Part shown: positions 8,820 to 17,860 of the stretch, in pieces
Layout: every line of letters begins with the position of its first letter
Numbering within the stretch: position 1 is the first letter of the stretch
DNA from: Clostridia bacterium
GTDB taxonomy: Bacteria; Bacillota; Clostridia; Christensenellales; UBA1242
Length of the DNA: 64,000 nucleotides
Reading direction: 5' to 3'
Assembly: GCA_045538455.1 (NCBI GenBank)
Contig: JAZSRL010000009.1
Span: 78,875-142,874 of the forward strand
Notes under the pieces: generated by a model
Databases searched by the model: none
What the model saw: the letters and a program-made list of their open reading frames with translations, nothing else
Told to the model about the DNA's origin: nothing
Position numbers and translations under genes: made by a program

Positions 8820-9959
8820 TTACTCCTTCCCTGTTGCGACAATGACGGGGACCAACATTTCATCGGCTGTCATGCCGGAATGGGTGCCGCGGTGTAATTT
8901 TTTAGGATTGCCAGGATGTTGGAGTACCATAATTTTATTGGTGTCTGTTCCGATAGCTAAATAATCGCCGCAGTATTGGCGGTTTTGTGGGTGTTGTGAA
9001 AAATCGCCGAATAAGCCTTGGTCAATTAAGTCTTGGAATGGATATAAAACAAAGTCGGCGGCGTATTTTTGGAAAGCTTGTAAAAATTGTTTTTCATAAC
9101 CGGGTTTAACGGAAAAGCTGGTAGCACGGAAATCCCAAGCGGGCGGATGTGCTAGACAATTTTGCAGTTCTGTATCATGACAAAGATAAGCATAACCTTT
9201 TACATCGACTTGTCCGTGGTCGGTGGTAATAACTATTTGCGTATCGGGATGACGGCGAGCAAAAGTTGCAATTTTTCGGTCCAGTTTTCGCAGAAAATGG
9301 CGGACTTTATGTGATTGAGTGCCATGGTGATGCATTAAAGAATCTAATTCTGGGAAGTATGTGTAAATAAATTTTGGTTCTGGTGTATTGCAAGTTTGAT
9401 GCAATTTATGCCACATTTCGCGTGATGATTGATATAGAATTTGATTTGGGGTTGGATATTTGTAGGAAATTTCTGGCATACAGGTAAAAATTCTGCGTGA
9501 GAGCGTTTTAGACGACCAAAAAGTTGGATATGGCAAGGTTTTGCGGACAAAATCGCGGTCGGTTAAATATGTTTTTGTGTAAAAGTTACGGCTGCGGAAT
9601 AATTCAACCACTGCTCCGTCAAAATCCAGTACCCAACCTAACCAACCGTGTTCGGCGGGTGTGAGACCGCTGACTAACGAAGTTGTGGCGGCCGCGGTTG
9701 TCGATGGAAAGACCGAAGTTACGGTTGCGATTTGGTGTCGGCGCAGAAAACTTTTGGCGGGTAAATTTTTTTCAAGAATTTTGGCGCCCATACCATCAAT
9801 AACCAAGAAAATGACATTGCGCGACTTAGGGTCAAGCTTTTTTGTTAAAGCGGGTAAAGTTGTGTGTTGTGGTTGGTTACCAAGAAACTGTGAGATGGTG
9901 GCGGTAACATTGACAATACTGTTTTTAAAATTGGGTAATGTAAAGTTGTGATTTTGCAT
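8820..9959 (-). CDS. alkaline-phosphatase-superfamily protein (type I phosphodiesterase/nucleotide pyrophosphatase-like)
   Basis: VIDGMG, SVFPSTTAAATTSL and TTDHGQ motifs. Confidence 0.7.
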   Translation of the reverse strand: MQNHNFTLPNFKNSIVNVTATISQFLGNQPQHTTLPALTKKLDPKSRNVIFLVIDGMGAKILEKNLPAKSFLRRHQIATVTSVFPSTTAAATTSLVSGLTPAEHGWLGWVLDFDGAVVELFRSRNFYTKTYLTDRDFVRKTLPYPTFWSSKTLSRRIFTCMPEISYKYPTPNQILYQSSREMWHKLHQTCNTPEPKFIYTYFPELDSLMHHHGTQSHKVRHFLRKLDRKIATFARRHPDTQIVITTDHGQVDVKGYAYLCHDTELQNCLAHPPAWDFRATSFSVKPGYEKQFLQAFQKYAADFVLYPFQDLIDQGLFGDFSQHPQNRQYCGDYLAIGTDTNKIMVLQHPGNPKKLHRGTHSGMTADEMLVPVIVATGKE

Positions 9960-10124
9960 TTGTTTTAGCTTAACACATGGTCCGCTGTCGGTGTCAAATA
10001 CTAAAAATAGTGTCTCAATTTGTGAAAAATGACTTGTGGTAAAGCTAATCCTTGGGTATACTGAACTAGATTTACTTTATGTAAAAATTTTTTGGGATAC
10101 GCCCAAATTAAAAGGAGATAAGTC

Positions 10125-10655
10125 ATGGATTTTATTCGTAAGAACTGGTCGCGACTTTCTATAGCACTCCTTTACTTAGTAGGTGGTGTGCTTGCTGTTG
10201 TTGCATGGGTAAATTTCTACAGTGTAGATGCTTCATTTTCTGCAATTGTTAATTTCCGTATGATTGCAACATTAATTGCGACTTTGGCATTTTTCTTGGG
10301 TATGATCGCTATTGCTATCGTTAAATCAGTAACTTGCAGCAAAAAAGCAGTTAGCTTGGTTTATATGATTATGGGTGGTGTTGCAACAATTGCTATGTTG
10401 GCTTACATCATTACTGCTTCATTCCAAGATAGTCCTTTATTCTTTGGCGGTATTGAAGGTTTGCTTTCTTTCTATCAAATCTGGGTTCCTTTCTTTGTTT
10501 TCGCTTTACATCCATTAGTTAAAGGTGTAACTCGTTTCATCGAAATGGCAACTGTACCAGCAAAAGCTGCTCCAGTTGAACAACCAGCTGTTGAAGCTGT
10601 TGCAGAAGAAAAAGCACCTGCAAAAAAAGCTACTAAAGCAAAAGCTGCTAAATAA
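10125..10655 (+). CDS. hypothetical multi-pass membrane protein with Ala/Lys/Glu-rich tail
   Basis: 176 aa, about 5 hydrophobic helices, AAGGAG RBS, tail AKAAPVEQPAVEAVAEEKAPAKKATKAKAAK. Confidence 0.6.
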   Translation: MDFIRKNWSRLSIALLYLVGGVLAVVAWVNFYSVDASFSAIVNFRMIATLIATLAFFLGMIAIAIVKSVTCSKKAVSLVYMIMGGVATIAMLAYIITASFQDSPLFFGGIEGLLSFYQIWVPFFVFALHPLVKGVTRFIEMATVPAKAAPVEQPAVEAVAEEKAPAKKATKAKAAK

Positions 10656-10674
10656 TTAATTAAAAAATTTAGCC

Positions 10675-10708
10675 GAAAAAACCGTGGCGTTGCTGCGGTT
10701 TTTTTTGT
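10675..10708 (+). terminator. probable rho-independent terminator
   Basis: AAACCG...CGGTTT stem followed by T8. Confidence 0.5.
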
Positions 10709-10723
10709 ATGCTATTAATAATC

Positions 10724-11764
10724 ATGCGCATTACTAAATTGGTGGTTGACCATTTTCGGAATCATACCCACTCTGCTCTGGAATTAGATGCAGGGATTAA
10801 TGTTTTAGTGGGTCCAAATGCGCAAGGTAAAACTAATTTATTGGAAGCAATATATTTATCCTGTGTTGGTCGCGGTTGGCGCACTGTTCGTGATAATGAG
10901 ATGGTTCAGTTTGGGCAAGACCGCGCGTTAGTACAAGTTATGGCAACGAAACGCTTCGGCAATGTGGAAATTGCAATACAGTTGGGTCAAGGTTTAAAAA
11001 AATCCATTGCAATTAATCGTGTACCAATTGCGAAAGTTGCGGAATTGATGGGACAGATTAATTGTATTTTCTTTTCGCCGGATGAATTAAAATTGGTGAA
11101 AGAAGCTCCCGCCGACCGCCGGCGTTTTATGAATATTGATTTATCGCAAATTGATAAAAGTTATTTTTATGCACTCGCCCGCTATAATAAAATTTTGCAA
11201 CAGCGTAACGCTAGTTTAAAAAACGGTTGCGGTTTGCGGGAATTGGATATTTGGGATCAGCAGTTAGTTCAGCAAGGAAATTTAATTATCCAAAAACGCC
11301 AAGCATTTATCCAAAAGTTGATGCCCTATGTGGTGGCTAAGCATCAGGCTTTAACAGGTGGACAAGAATCAATTACCGTGGCTTACGAGACTTGCGCAGA
11401 TTTTGCCGCCGACTTAGCAGCCGCGCGTGAGCGTGATTTGCGTTTGCGAACCACAACGGTCGGACCGCACCGCGATGACTTGGCGATTACGATTAATGGA
11501 CAAGATGTGCGTATGTTCGGGAGTCAGGGACAACAGCGCACCGTGGCTCTGTCGATTAAATTGGCGGAGTTGGATTTGTTCGCAGAGTTGACTGGTGAAA
11601 AACCGATTTTACTTTTAGATGATGTTTTTAGTGAACTGGATAGCAGTCGTCAGTCGAGACTGCTAACCGCCATTGCGGATACACAAGTGGTTATTACTGC
11701 TACTGATGCTCCGGCGGTTGGTAAAATTTTTCAGGTTAAACATGGCGCTGTTCGGCCGCAATAA
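10724..11764 (+). CDS. recF: DNA replication/repair protein RecF
   Basis: MRITKLVVDHFRNH...GPNAQGKTNLLEAI (Walker A) and LLLDDVFSELD (Walker B). Confidence 0.9.
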   Translation: MRITKLVVDHFRNHTHSALELDAGINVLVGPNAQGKTNLLEAIYLSCVGRGWRTVRDNEMVQFGQDRALVQVMATKRFGNVEIAIQLGQGLKKSIAINRVPIAKVAELMGQINCIFFSPDELKLVKEAPADRRRFMNIDLSQIDKSYFYALARYNKILQQRNASLKNGCGLRELDIWDQQLVQQGNLIIQKRQAFIQKLMPYVVAKHQALTGGQESITVAYETCADFAADLAAARERDLRLRTTTVGPHRDDLAITINGQDVRMFGSQGQQRTVALSIKLAELDLFAELTGEKPILLLDDVFSELDSSRQSRLLTAIADTQVVITATDAPAVGKIFQVKHGAVRPQ

Positions 11765-11766
11765 AA

Positions 11767-11800
11767 AAAGTTACTTACATTTTAATTGTAAATAACTTTT
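11767..11800 (+). terminator. hairpin terminator after recF
   Basis: AAAGTTACTTACA / TGTAAATAACTTT stem with one mismatch, then a short T-run. Confidence 0.5.
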
Positions 11801-11826
11801 GGCTTTCTGTTAATAATTTATTAAAT

Positions 11827-11842
11827 TGTTTGTCGTTAAACA
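11827..11842. promoter_or_regulatory. parS-like box (TGTTTGTCGTTAAACA), outlying copy
   Basis: One mismatch to the six boxes at 12477-12946, with the same AATTG 3' flank. Confidence 0.5.
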
Positions 11843-11855
11843 ATTGAGTTTTAAT

Positions 11856-12422
11856 TTAGAATTGTGGTATAGCTTCAGATGCTGCTGCAAAAATTGAACC
11901 GATAATATTGAAGACATGGTCGCGGCAAAAATCGAATAAGCGATAAGCAAAGTATCCACCGCTGTCTGCTGTTAAAGATAAGGCTGATTGCCAACCAAAA
12001 GTATTAATTAACATGAAGATTAATGACAACTCGACCAATGCTGCGATGATGCCGAACACAGAACCAAAGATGCGGTCAACAATGTTGATGGCATGCAGCT
12101 TTTCTTTTAGGTGTCTTAGTAGTTTGTCGAGTAAGATACAAACTAAACGAACTAACACAAACACGGCAATCCCGACAATTAATTTTAGAAGTGTTTGCTC
12201 ACTGATAAAGGGAATGTTCCATTTATCTATGGCTGCGTACCAACCAAACTTGCTGTCGAGGAAATTGGCAATGGGTGCCGCAGTTAACATTGCGACGGTA
12301 AATGCTAAGACGGTAGAAAAGCATTTTAATACGCAACGCACAAAACCAAATCTGGTGCAAATTGCAATGTTGATAATAATAATTACCGCAACAATTATGT
12401 CTGCAATTAATCCTGCTTTCAT
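11856..12422 (-). CDS. cvpA: CvpA family membrane protein
   Basis: 188 aa, 4-5 TM helices, N-terminus LIADIIVAVIIIINIAICTRFGFVR typical of CvpA. Confidence 0.65.
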   Translation of the reverse strand: MKAGLIADIIVAVIIIINIAICTRFGFVRCVLKCFSTVLAFTVAMLTAAPIANFLDSKFGWYAAIDKWNIPFISEQTLLKLIVGIAVFVLVRLVCILLDKLLRHLKEKLHAINIVDRIFGSVFGIIAALVELSLIFMLINTFGWQSALSLTADSGGYFAYRLFDFCRDHVFNIIGSIFAAASEAIPQF

Positions 12423-12476
12423 GTGTTTATTATAACTCTGTTTTTTTTATCGTGTCAAGGTGTGGAAAAGTTCGAT

Positions 12477-12946
12477 TGTTTATCGTTAAACAATTTGGAA
12501 TTTATTTTGTAAAATCGATTTGTTTGCTAAATGTTTATCGTCAAACAATTTATGGATGATAAGTACGGTAATTAATTGTTTATCGTTAAACAATTTGGAG
12601 TTTACCTTATACAAAATAGGTTTGTATGCTGAATGTTTATCGTTAAATAATTTGTGCATGATGAGTGTGGTAAATATTGGTCCGATATTTGATAAATTTT
12701 TATAGATGGCTTGTTGTTGATTGTGTGTTGGAAAAATGTTTATCGTTAAACAATTTGAGCAGTTAATGTTACTTACATGAAAAATGTAAATAAAATCATT
12801 ATCTTGTTTATGACAGTTTTATCAGTTATGAATTTATTTATTGTTTTTTGTTTTATAGTTGTTTACATAATCATTGTTAATAAGTGCCAAGCAAATAATT
12901 GTTAATATGTAATATCTATCTATTTTAAAATGTTTATCGTTAAACA
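12477..12946. repeat. array of six parS-like 16-mers (consensus TGTTTATCGTTAAACA) directly upstream of parB
   Basis: Boxes at 12477-12492, 12532-12547, 12577-12592, 12634-12649, 12737-12752 and 12931-12946, all in one orientation with a conserved AATTTG flank. 12477-12576 and 12577-12677 form a ~100-bp tandem duplication. Confidence 0.75.
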
Positions 12947-12989
12947 ATTTGTGATTGCCTTTTTTAAAAAAGCCAATTACAATAAAAAT

Positions 12990-13895
12990 ATGGCAGAAAA
13001 AAAATTAGGTAAAGGTTTAGGCGCGTTGTTTGGAGATATTGTTCTGGATGACGAATTAACACCAATTAATGAATCTGTAGAACAAGGAAAACAATCTAAA
13101 GATGACCACGAAGATGGTGTTCAACAAATTGCGATTGCAATGATTGATAACAATTTGGATCAACCGCGTAAGGTATTTAATCAAGAAGCTTTGCGTGAAT
13201 TGGCAGAAAGTATTCAAACTTATGGTGTAGTTCAACCAATTTTGGTAACCCCAGTGGGTAACCGTTTTATGATTGTAGCTGGTGAACGCCGTTGGCGTGC
13301 AGCGCGTATGGCTGGTTTGGTGGAAATTCCGGCCGTGATTAAAAAATTTAATCCGAAACAAGTTGCGGAAATTGCGATTATTGAAAACTTGCAACGCGCT
13401 GATTTGAATGAGATTGAATTGGCTTTGGGTATTAAAAGGCTAATGGACGAGCATAAGTTGACCCAAGAGAAAGTGGCTGAACGCTTGTCAAAGCCGCGTA
13501 GTACAATTGCTAACTCGTTGCGTTTGTTAAGTTTACCAAATGAAATTCAACAGATGATTAGTAATCAACAATTAACGGCGGGACACGCAATTCGTTTACT
13601 GAGTATGGGTGATACACAAAAACAATTAGATTATGCACGCCGCGCAGTGAGTGAAGGTTTGTCGGTGCGTGCTTTGGGTGATTTGATTGAAGGTAAGATG
13701 CCGGTCTTTGCTGCAAATAAATCTAAGCCAGCCAAAGCTCCTGAAATCCGCGAACAGGAAAAAATCTTGTCGCGCGCGATTGGAACCAAGGTCAAAATTG
13801 ATGGTACTTTGGAACGCGGTAAGGTTGTAATTGGCTATTACAGTGCGGAAGAGTTGGAAAGAGTGGTTAATTATTTAAAAAACCACAAGATATAG
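12990..13895 (+). CDS. parB: ParB/Spo0J family partition protein
   Basis: MAEKKLGKGLGALF start and the GERRWRAARMAG CTP-binding box. The track start 12930 lies inside a repeat box, so I chose ATG 12990. Confidence 0.9.
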   Translation: MAEKKLGKGLGALFGDIVLDDELTPINESVEQGKQSKDDHEDGVQQIAIAMIDNNLDQPRKVFNQEALRELAESIQTYGVVQPILVTPVGNRFMIVAGERRWRAARMAGLVEIPAVIKKFNPKQVAEIAIIENLQRADLNEIELALGIKRLMDEHKLTQEKVAERLSKPRSTIANSLRLLSLPNEIQQMISNQQLTAGHAIRLLSMGDTQKQLDYARRAVSEGLSVRALGDLIEGKMPVFAANKSKPAKAPEIREQEKILSRAIGTKVKIDGTLERGKVVIGYYSAEELERVVNYLKNHKI

Positions 13896-14018
13896 TATAC
13901 ATCTATTAATTAATACCGCTATATATTGTGTTTTTTGGGAAAATGTGGCAGAAAACTGGTAAAAATTGTGGCGGTATGGTATAGTAGAAGGGTTAAAATC
14001 AAAAGGAGTTCAATCAAG

Positions 14019-14792
14019 ATGGGAAAAATTGTGGCAGTAGCATTGCAGAAAGGTGGGGTTGGTAAAACAACAACCTGTATCAACTTGGCTGCATACTTAG
14101 CACACGACTTAGGAAAAAAAGTTTTAATTGTGGACTTTGACCCACAGCATAATGCCAGCAGTGGTGTCGGTGTGGAAGTTACCGATAAGACTGTTTCGGT
14201 ATACAATGTGATGTGTGATCAAGTGGATCCTACCGATGCAATTCAATTGACTTCTGTTAAGGGATTGGAAGTTTTGCCCAGTACCCAAGATTTAGTTGGA
14301 GCCGAAATTGAATTGGTGCGTATGAGTGGGCGTGAACAAATTTTGCGTAATTGCTTGAACAAAATTCGCGACAGTTATGATTACATTTTTATTGACTGTC
14401 CACCGACTTTGACTTTGTTGACGGTGAATGCTTTGACCGCGGCCGATACTGTTATCATTCCAATTTTGTGTGAATACTTTGCTTTGGAAGGTATCAGTCA
14501 ATTGGTGCGCGCAATTCGTTTGATTAAGAAACAAGGGTTAAATCCGAATATTGATATTGAAGGTGTGTTGGTCACTATGATGACACATAATTTATTAACT
14601 CAACAAGTGCAAGCCGAGCTTTTGAAATTCTTTGGTCGTAAAGTTTTCAATACGAAAATTCCACGCAATGTGCGTTTGGCTGAAGCACCAAGTTATGGTA
14701 AGCCAATTTGTATTTATGATGCCAAATGTCCGGGGGCGAAAGCGTATCGTGAATTAGCTTTTGAATTTATGAAGAGGCAACGCGAAGAATGA
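14019..14792 (+). CDS. parA: ParA/Soj partition ATPase
   Basis: MGKIVAVALQKGGVGKTTT deviant Walker A, with AAAAGGAG 10 nt upstream of ATG 14019. Confidence 0.9.
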   Translation: MGKIVAVALQKGGVGKTTTCINLAAYLAHDLGKKVLIVDFDPQHNASSGVGVEVTDKTVSVYNVMCDQVDPTDAIQLTSVKGLEVLPSTQDLVGAEIELVRMSGREQILRNCLNKIRDSYDYIFIDCPPTLTLLTVNALTAADTVIIPILCEYFALEGISQLVRAIRLIKKQGLNPNIDIEGVLVTMMTHNLLTQQVQAELLKFFGRKVFNTKIPRNVRLAEAPSYGKPICIYDAKCPGAKAYRELAFEFMKRQREE

Positions 14793-15799
14793 ACTCGAAT
14801 GTAAAATCGTTTTACCGTATTTATCGTCCTAAAAGTTTTGATGCTGTGGTGGGACAAGAATTTATTACACGGACTTTAAGTAATCAAATTGCCAGCCAAA
14901 AAATTGGACACGCATATTTATTTTGCGGTACGCGCGGAACGGGGAAAACTTCGGTGGCAAAAATTTTTGCGGACGCTGTGAACTGTGAAAATTTCAAAGA
15001 CGGAAAAGTTTGTGGTCAATGTGCTTGGTGTCAAAATCCGAATAAAAGTATGGATATTTTTGAAATTGACGCGGCAAGTAACAATGGTGTTGATGCGGTG
15101 CGCGATTTAATTGAAAGTGTCAAATATCCACCCGTGGTCGGGAAATATAAAGTTTATATTATTGACGAAGTTCATATGTTTTCGGGTGCGGCATTTAATG
15201 CGTTGTTAAAAACTTTGGAAGAACCACCAGCTCATGTCATTTTTGTGTTAGCAACGACCGAACCGCATAAATTATTGCCGACTGTGCAAAGTCGTTGTTT
15301 GCGTTTTAATTTCCAAAATGTTGGTTTAGCAGATTTGGAAAAAGTTATTAAGGGTGTTTTCCAAAATGAAAAAATTACCGCCGATGATGCAGCAGTAACT
15401 TTGATTGCCAAAGAAGGTCAAGGTAGTGTGCGTGATGCGTTGTCTTTCGCGGATACTGTTGCAGCATATTGCGGCAAAGACCCAATTACAGTGGCAGCAA
15501 TTAATCATGTGGTCGGTGGGTTAGATGCAAAAGTGTTTCAAACTTTGGTGGCGCAAATTGTAGCAAATGATGCCAAAGGTGTGCGCGAAACAGTCAATCA
15601 AATTTTTAACAGTTCAACTGGCACGGCACGCATTATGGCGGGGACTTTAACCGCTTTGAAAGATGCGTATGTACAACAAACTAATCCGCGTTTAGCAAAT
15701 GCTTTGCGCATTTTTGCAAATTTGGAAACCACTTTAAAGTATGCGAATGACCCACACGGTTACTTTGAAACCGCGGCTTTGGTGGCTTGCGGGGCTTAA
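14789..15799 (+). CDS. dnaX: DNA polymerase III gamma/tau subunit, ATPase module only (336 aa)
   Basis: YRPKSFDAVVGQE, CGTRGTGKTS, IIDEVHM and SRC motifs. ATGA overlap with parA. Confidence 0.9.
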   Translation: MNSNVKSFYRIYRPKSFDAVVGQEFITRTLSNQIASQKIGHAYLFCGTRGTGKTSVAKIFADAVNCENFKDGKVCGQCAWCQNPNKSMDIFEIDAASNNGVDAVRDLIESVKYPPVVGKYKVYIIDEVHMFSGAAFNALLKTLEEPPAHVIFVLATTEPHKLLPTVQSRCLRFNFQNVGLADLEKVIKGVFQNEKITADDAAVTLIAKEGQGSVRDALSFADTVAAYCGKDPITVAAINHVVGGLDAKVFQTLVAQIVANDAKGVRETVNQIFNSSTGTARIMAGTLTALKDAYVQQTNPRLANALRIFANLETTLKYANDPHGYFETAALVACGA

Positions 15800-16110
15800 T
15801 GGCGGAACAAAATTTAGAAGCCGTTTGGGTAAGAGTTTTACGCGGTTTGCGGGAAGAAAAAAAATTTGCCTTATTTGGTTTGTTGAGTAATTTAGATGAT
15901 GTGTCTTTTGGTGATGGCAAGATAATTTTACCAGCACATAATGAAAGCGAAAAAAGTATGCTCAAACATCACTTGGTGGATATACAAAAATTGACCAATG
16001 GGGAAGCCGAAATTCAAATTCAAGATGCAACTCGAATTGAACAAGCCGGCAGTGATGAATATGTCACACGCTTGAAGGAAATATTTGGCGATAAAGTCGA
16101 AATCGTGTAA
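15799..16110 (+). CDS. small protein resembling the C-terminal domain of Firmicute DnaX/tau, encoded separately
   Basis: TAATG stop/start overlap with dnaX. LEAVWVRVLRGLREEKKFALFGLL...VSFGDGKIILP follows the W-x2-VL...L-x-F pattern I recall from the DnaX C-terminus. Confidence 0.5.
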   Translation: MAEQNLEAVWVRVLRGLREEKKFALFGLLSNLDDVSFGDGKIILPAHNESEKSMLKHHLVDIQKLTNGEAEIQIQDATRIEQAGSDEYVTRLKEIFGDKVEIV

Positions 16111-16119
16111 ACTATTTTT

Positions 16120-16422
16120 ATGAGAAATTTTTCAATGGGTAACAATGGACAAATGGCAAACTTGATGAAGCAAGCCGAAGCCATGCAAAAAAAGATGGAA
16201 CAAGCCAAAGAAGAGTTGGCAGAAACGGCAGTGGAAGCCACAGTTGGCGGTGGTATGGTTACTGCTTCCATGTCGGGTGCTTATGAATTATTAGATTTAC
16301 ATATTAAGCCGGAAGCTGTCGACCCAGATGATGTGGAAACAACGGAAGATTTAGTAATTGCAGTCATTAATGAATGCTTGCGTCAAGTAACGGAGTTGCG
16401 TAATGAAAAATTACCACTCTAA
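16120..16422 (+). CDS. ybaB: YbaB/EbfC nucleoid-associated protein
   Basis: NLMKQAEAMQKKMEQAKEELAE...VEATVGGGMV is typical. The start could also be ATG 16135. Confidence 0.85.
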   Translation: MRNFSMGNNGQMANLMKQAEAMQKKMEQAKEELAETAVEATVGGGMVTASMSGAYELLDLHIKPEAVDPDDVETTEDLVIAVINECLRQVTELRNEKLPL

Positions 16423-17848
16423 CCAAACACCGAACGGTTATCGTATTGCCCCCAGTCCAACTGGCTATGTCCATTTGGGTACGGTTGGTATGGCTTTGGT
16501 GAATAGTTATTTAGCTCGCCAAAATGGGGGGCGCTTTTATTTCCGTATTGAAGATACCGACAGTAAAAGATTTGTTGCCGATGCCGTTGAAAAGATGAAC
16601 CAAACTTTTGATTATTTGGGCATTAAGTTTGCGGAAACTTATGTGCAAAGTGAGCGTGCGGAAATTTATCAAAAATATGCTCATGATTTAGTCCAACAAG
16701 GGAAAGCTTATTATTGTTTCTGTACCGAAGATGATTTGTCGCAAATGCGCGAAACGCAAATTAAAAATAATGAGCCAACGGGGTATTACGGAAAATATGC
16801 GCAGTGCCGTCATTTAAGTGCGGATGAAGTACAAAAACGCCTTGCGGCGGGTGAGCCGTATGTGATTCGTGCCAACTTTGGCTATCAAGATTGGGGCGAA
16901 CGCATAACTTTTGTTGATGCCGCGCGTGGTGAAATTGCTTTATTGCCACAAGTCAATGACCCCATTATTTTGAAAACGAATGGTTTACCACCATATAATT
17001 TTGCGCATGTGATCGATGATACCTTGATGGGAACAGCTTTAGTTGTGCGTGGAGAAGAATGGTTGATTTCAACTGCGGAGCATATGCAGTTGTGTGATTT
17101 ATTGGGATTTCCGCGTTTGCAATATTTGCATATGCCGACCATTAATATCGAAGACAATGGTAAGAAACGAAAATTATCTAAACGCAAAGACCCGCAAGCT
17201 TTGGTCATGAATTTGATTGATGCTGGTTATCCGCGCGATGCGATATTTGAGTATTTGTTGACCATTTATAATAGTGACTTTGAATTATGGCGCACAGCTA
17301 ATCCATTGGCTCCATTGACCGCTTACGAATTTAAAATTAATAAAATTGGAACCAATAATCCTTTGTTTGATTTACCTAAATTTAATGATATCGCCAAAAA
17401 TGTTTGGGCGCGTTACGACCATGAAACTATGATAAAATATTTTAACGCTTGGAATTGGCAAAAGTTACCGCAAATTACGCCGACCATTAAAACGCGTATT
17501 GAAGCAATGTTAGGGGTGGAACGCGGTGGTGAACGCCCGCGTAAAGATTTGACTAAATTTGAAGACTTACCAGAGTTATACAGTTATTTGTGGGATGAAA
17601 TTCAAGTCGATGGTCAAAACCTGGACGGCGCATTATTGAAACAATATGCATCAATTTATGATGCCAATGATGATAAAGAAACTTGGTGGCAAAAAATTAA
17701 AGATATGGCACCAGATAAACCCAGTTTACGCAACTTGGCGGCGCAAATTCGTTTAGCTGTAACAGGTAAAACAAATACACCAGATTTGTGGTCAATTTGC
17801 CGCATCTTGGGAAATGATTTAGTTAAAGCGCGTTTGAATCGCTGGTAA
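16403..17848 (+). CDS. gltX: glutamate--tRNA ligase
   Basis: RIAPSPTGYVHLG (HIGH-type motif) and KLSKRK (KMSKS-type motif), 481 aa. Confidence 0.85.
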   Translation: MKNYHSNQTPNGYRIAPSPTGYVHLGTVGMALVNSYLARQNGGRFYFRIEDTDSKRFVADAVEKMNQTFDYLGIKFAETYVQSERAEIYQKYAHDLVQQGKAYYCFCTEDDLSQMRETQIKNNEPTGYYGKYAQCRHLSADEVQKRLAAGEPYVIRANFGYQDWGERITFVDAARGEIALLPQVNDPIILKTNGLPPYNFAHVIDDTLMGTALVVRGEEWLISTAEHMQLCDLLGFPRLQYLHMPTINIEDNGKKRKLSKRKDPQALVMNLIDAGYPRDAIFEYLLTIYNSDFELWRTANPLAPLTAYEFKINKIGTNNPLFDLPKFNDIAKNVWARYDHETMIKYFNAWNWQKLPQITPTIKTRIEAMLGVERGGERPRKDLTKFEDLPELYSYLWDEIQVDGQNLDGALLKQYASIYDANDDKETWWQKIKDMAPDKPSLRNLAAQIRLAVTGKTNTPDLWSICRILGNDLVKARLNRW

Positions 17849-17860
17849 AAAGGGTTGGTT

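Noticed and set aside
12520-12705. The 61-aa track ORF, and the 12930 start of the parB ORF.
   Set aside because: Both are created by reading through the repeated boxes (the repeated peptide LSLNNL). ParB has a canonical MAEKKLGKGLGALF start at 12990.
12477-12946. The repeat cluster could be a small CRISPR array.
   Set aside because: The repeats are only ~16-22 bp and the spacing is irregular (about 40-180 nt). Part of the 'spacer' sequence is itself duplicated. No cas genes are present. The repeat is a parS-like palindrome next to parB.
12423-12989. This intergenic region could be the replication origin (oriC), since recF is nearby, the region is AT-rich and it carries repeats.
   Set aside because: I found no cluster of good DnaA boxes (TTATCCACA). 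The best hit is a single 1-mismatch TGTGGAAAA near 12460. dnaA and dnaN are not adjacent. This cannot be decided without genome-wide GC skew, so it is left as a parS-like array.
15780-15805. Programmed ribosomal frameshift in dnaX, as in E. coli gamma/tau.
   Set aside because: There is no slippery A-AAA-AAG-type heptamer or downstream hairpin at the junction. The arrangement is a simple TAATG stop/start overlap.
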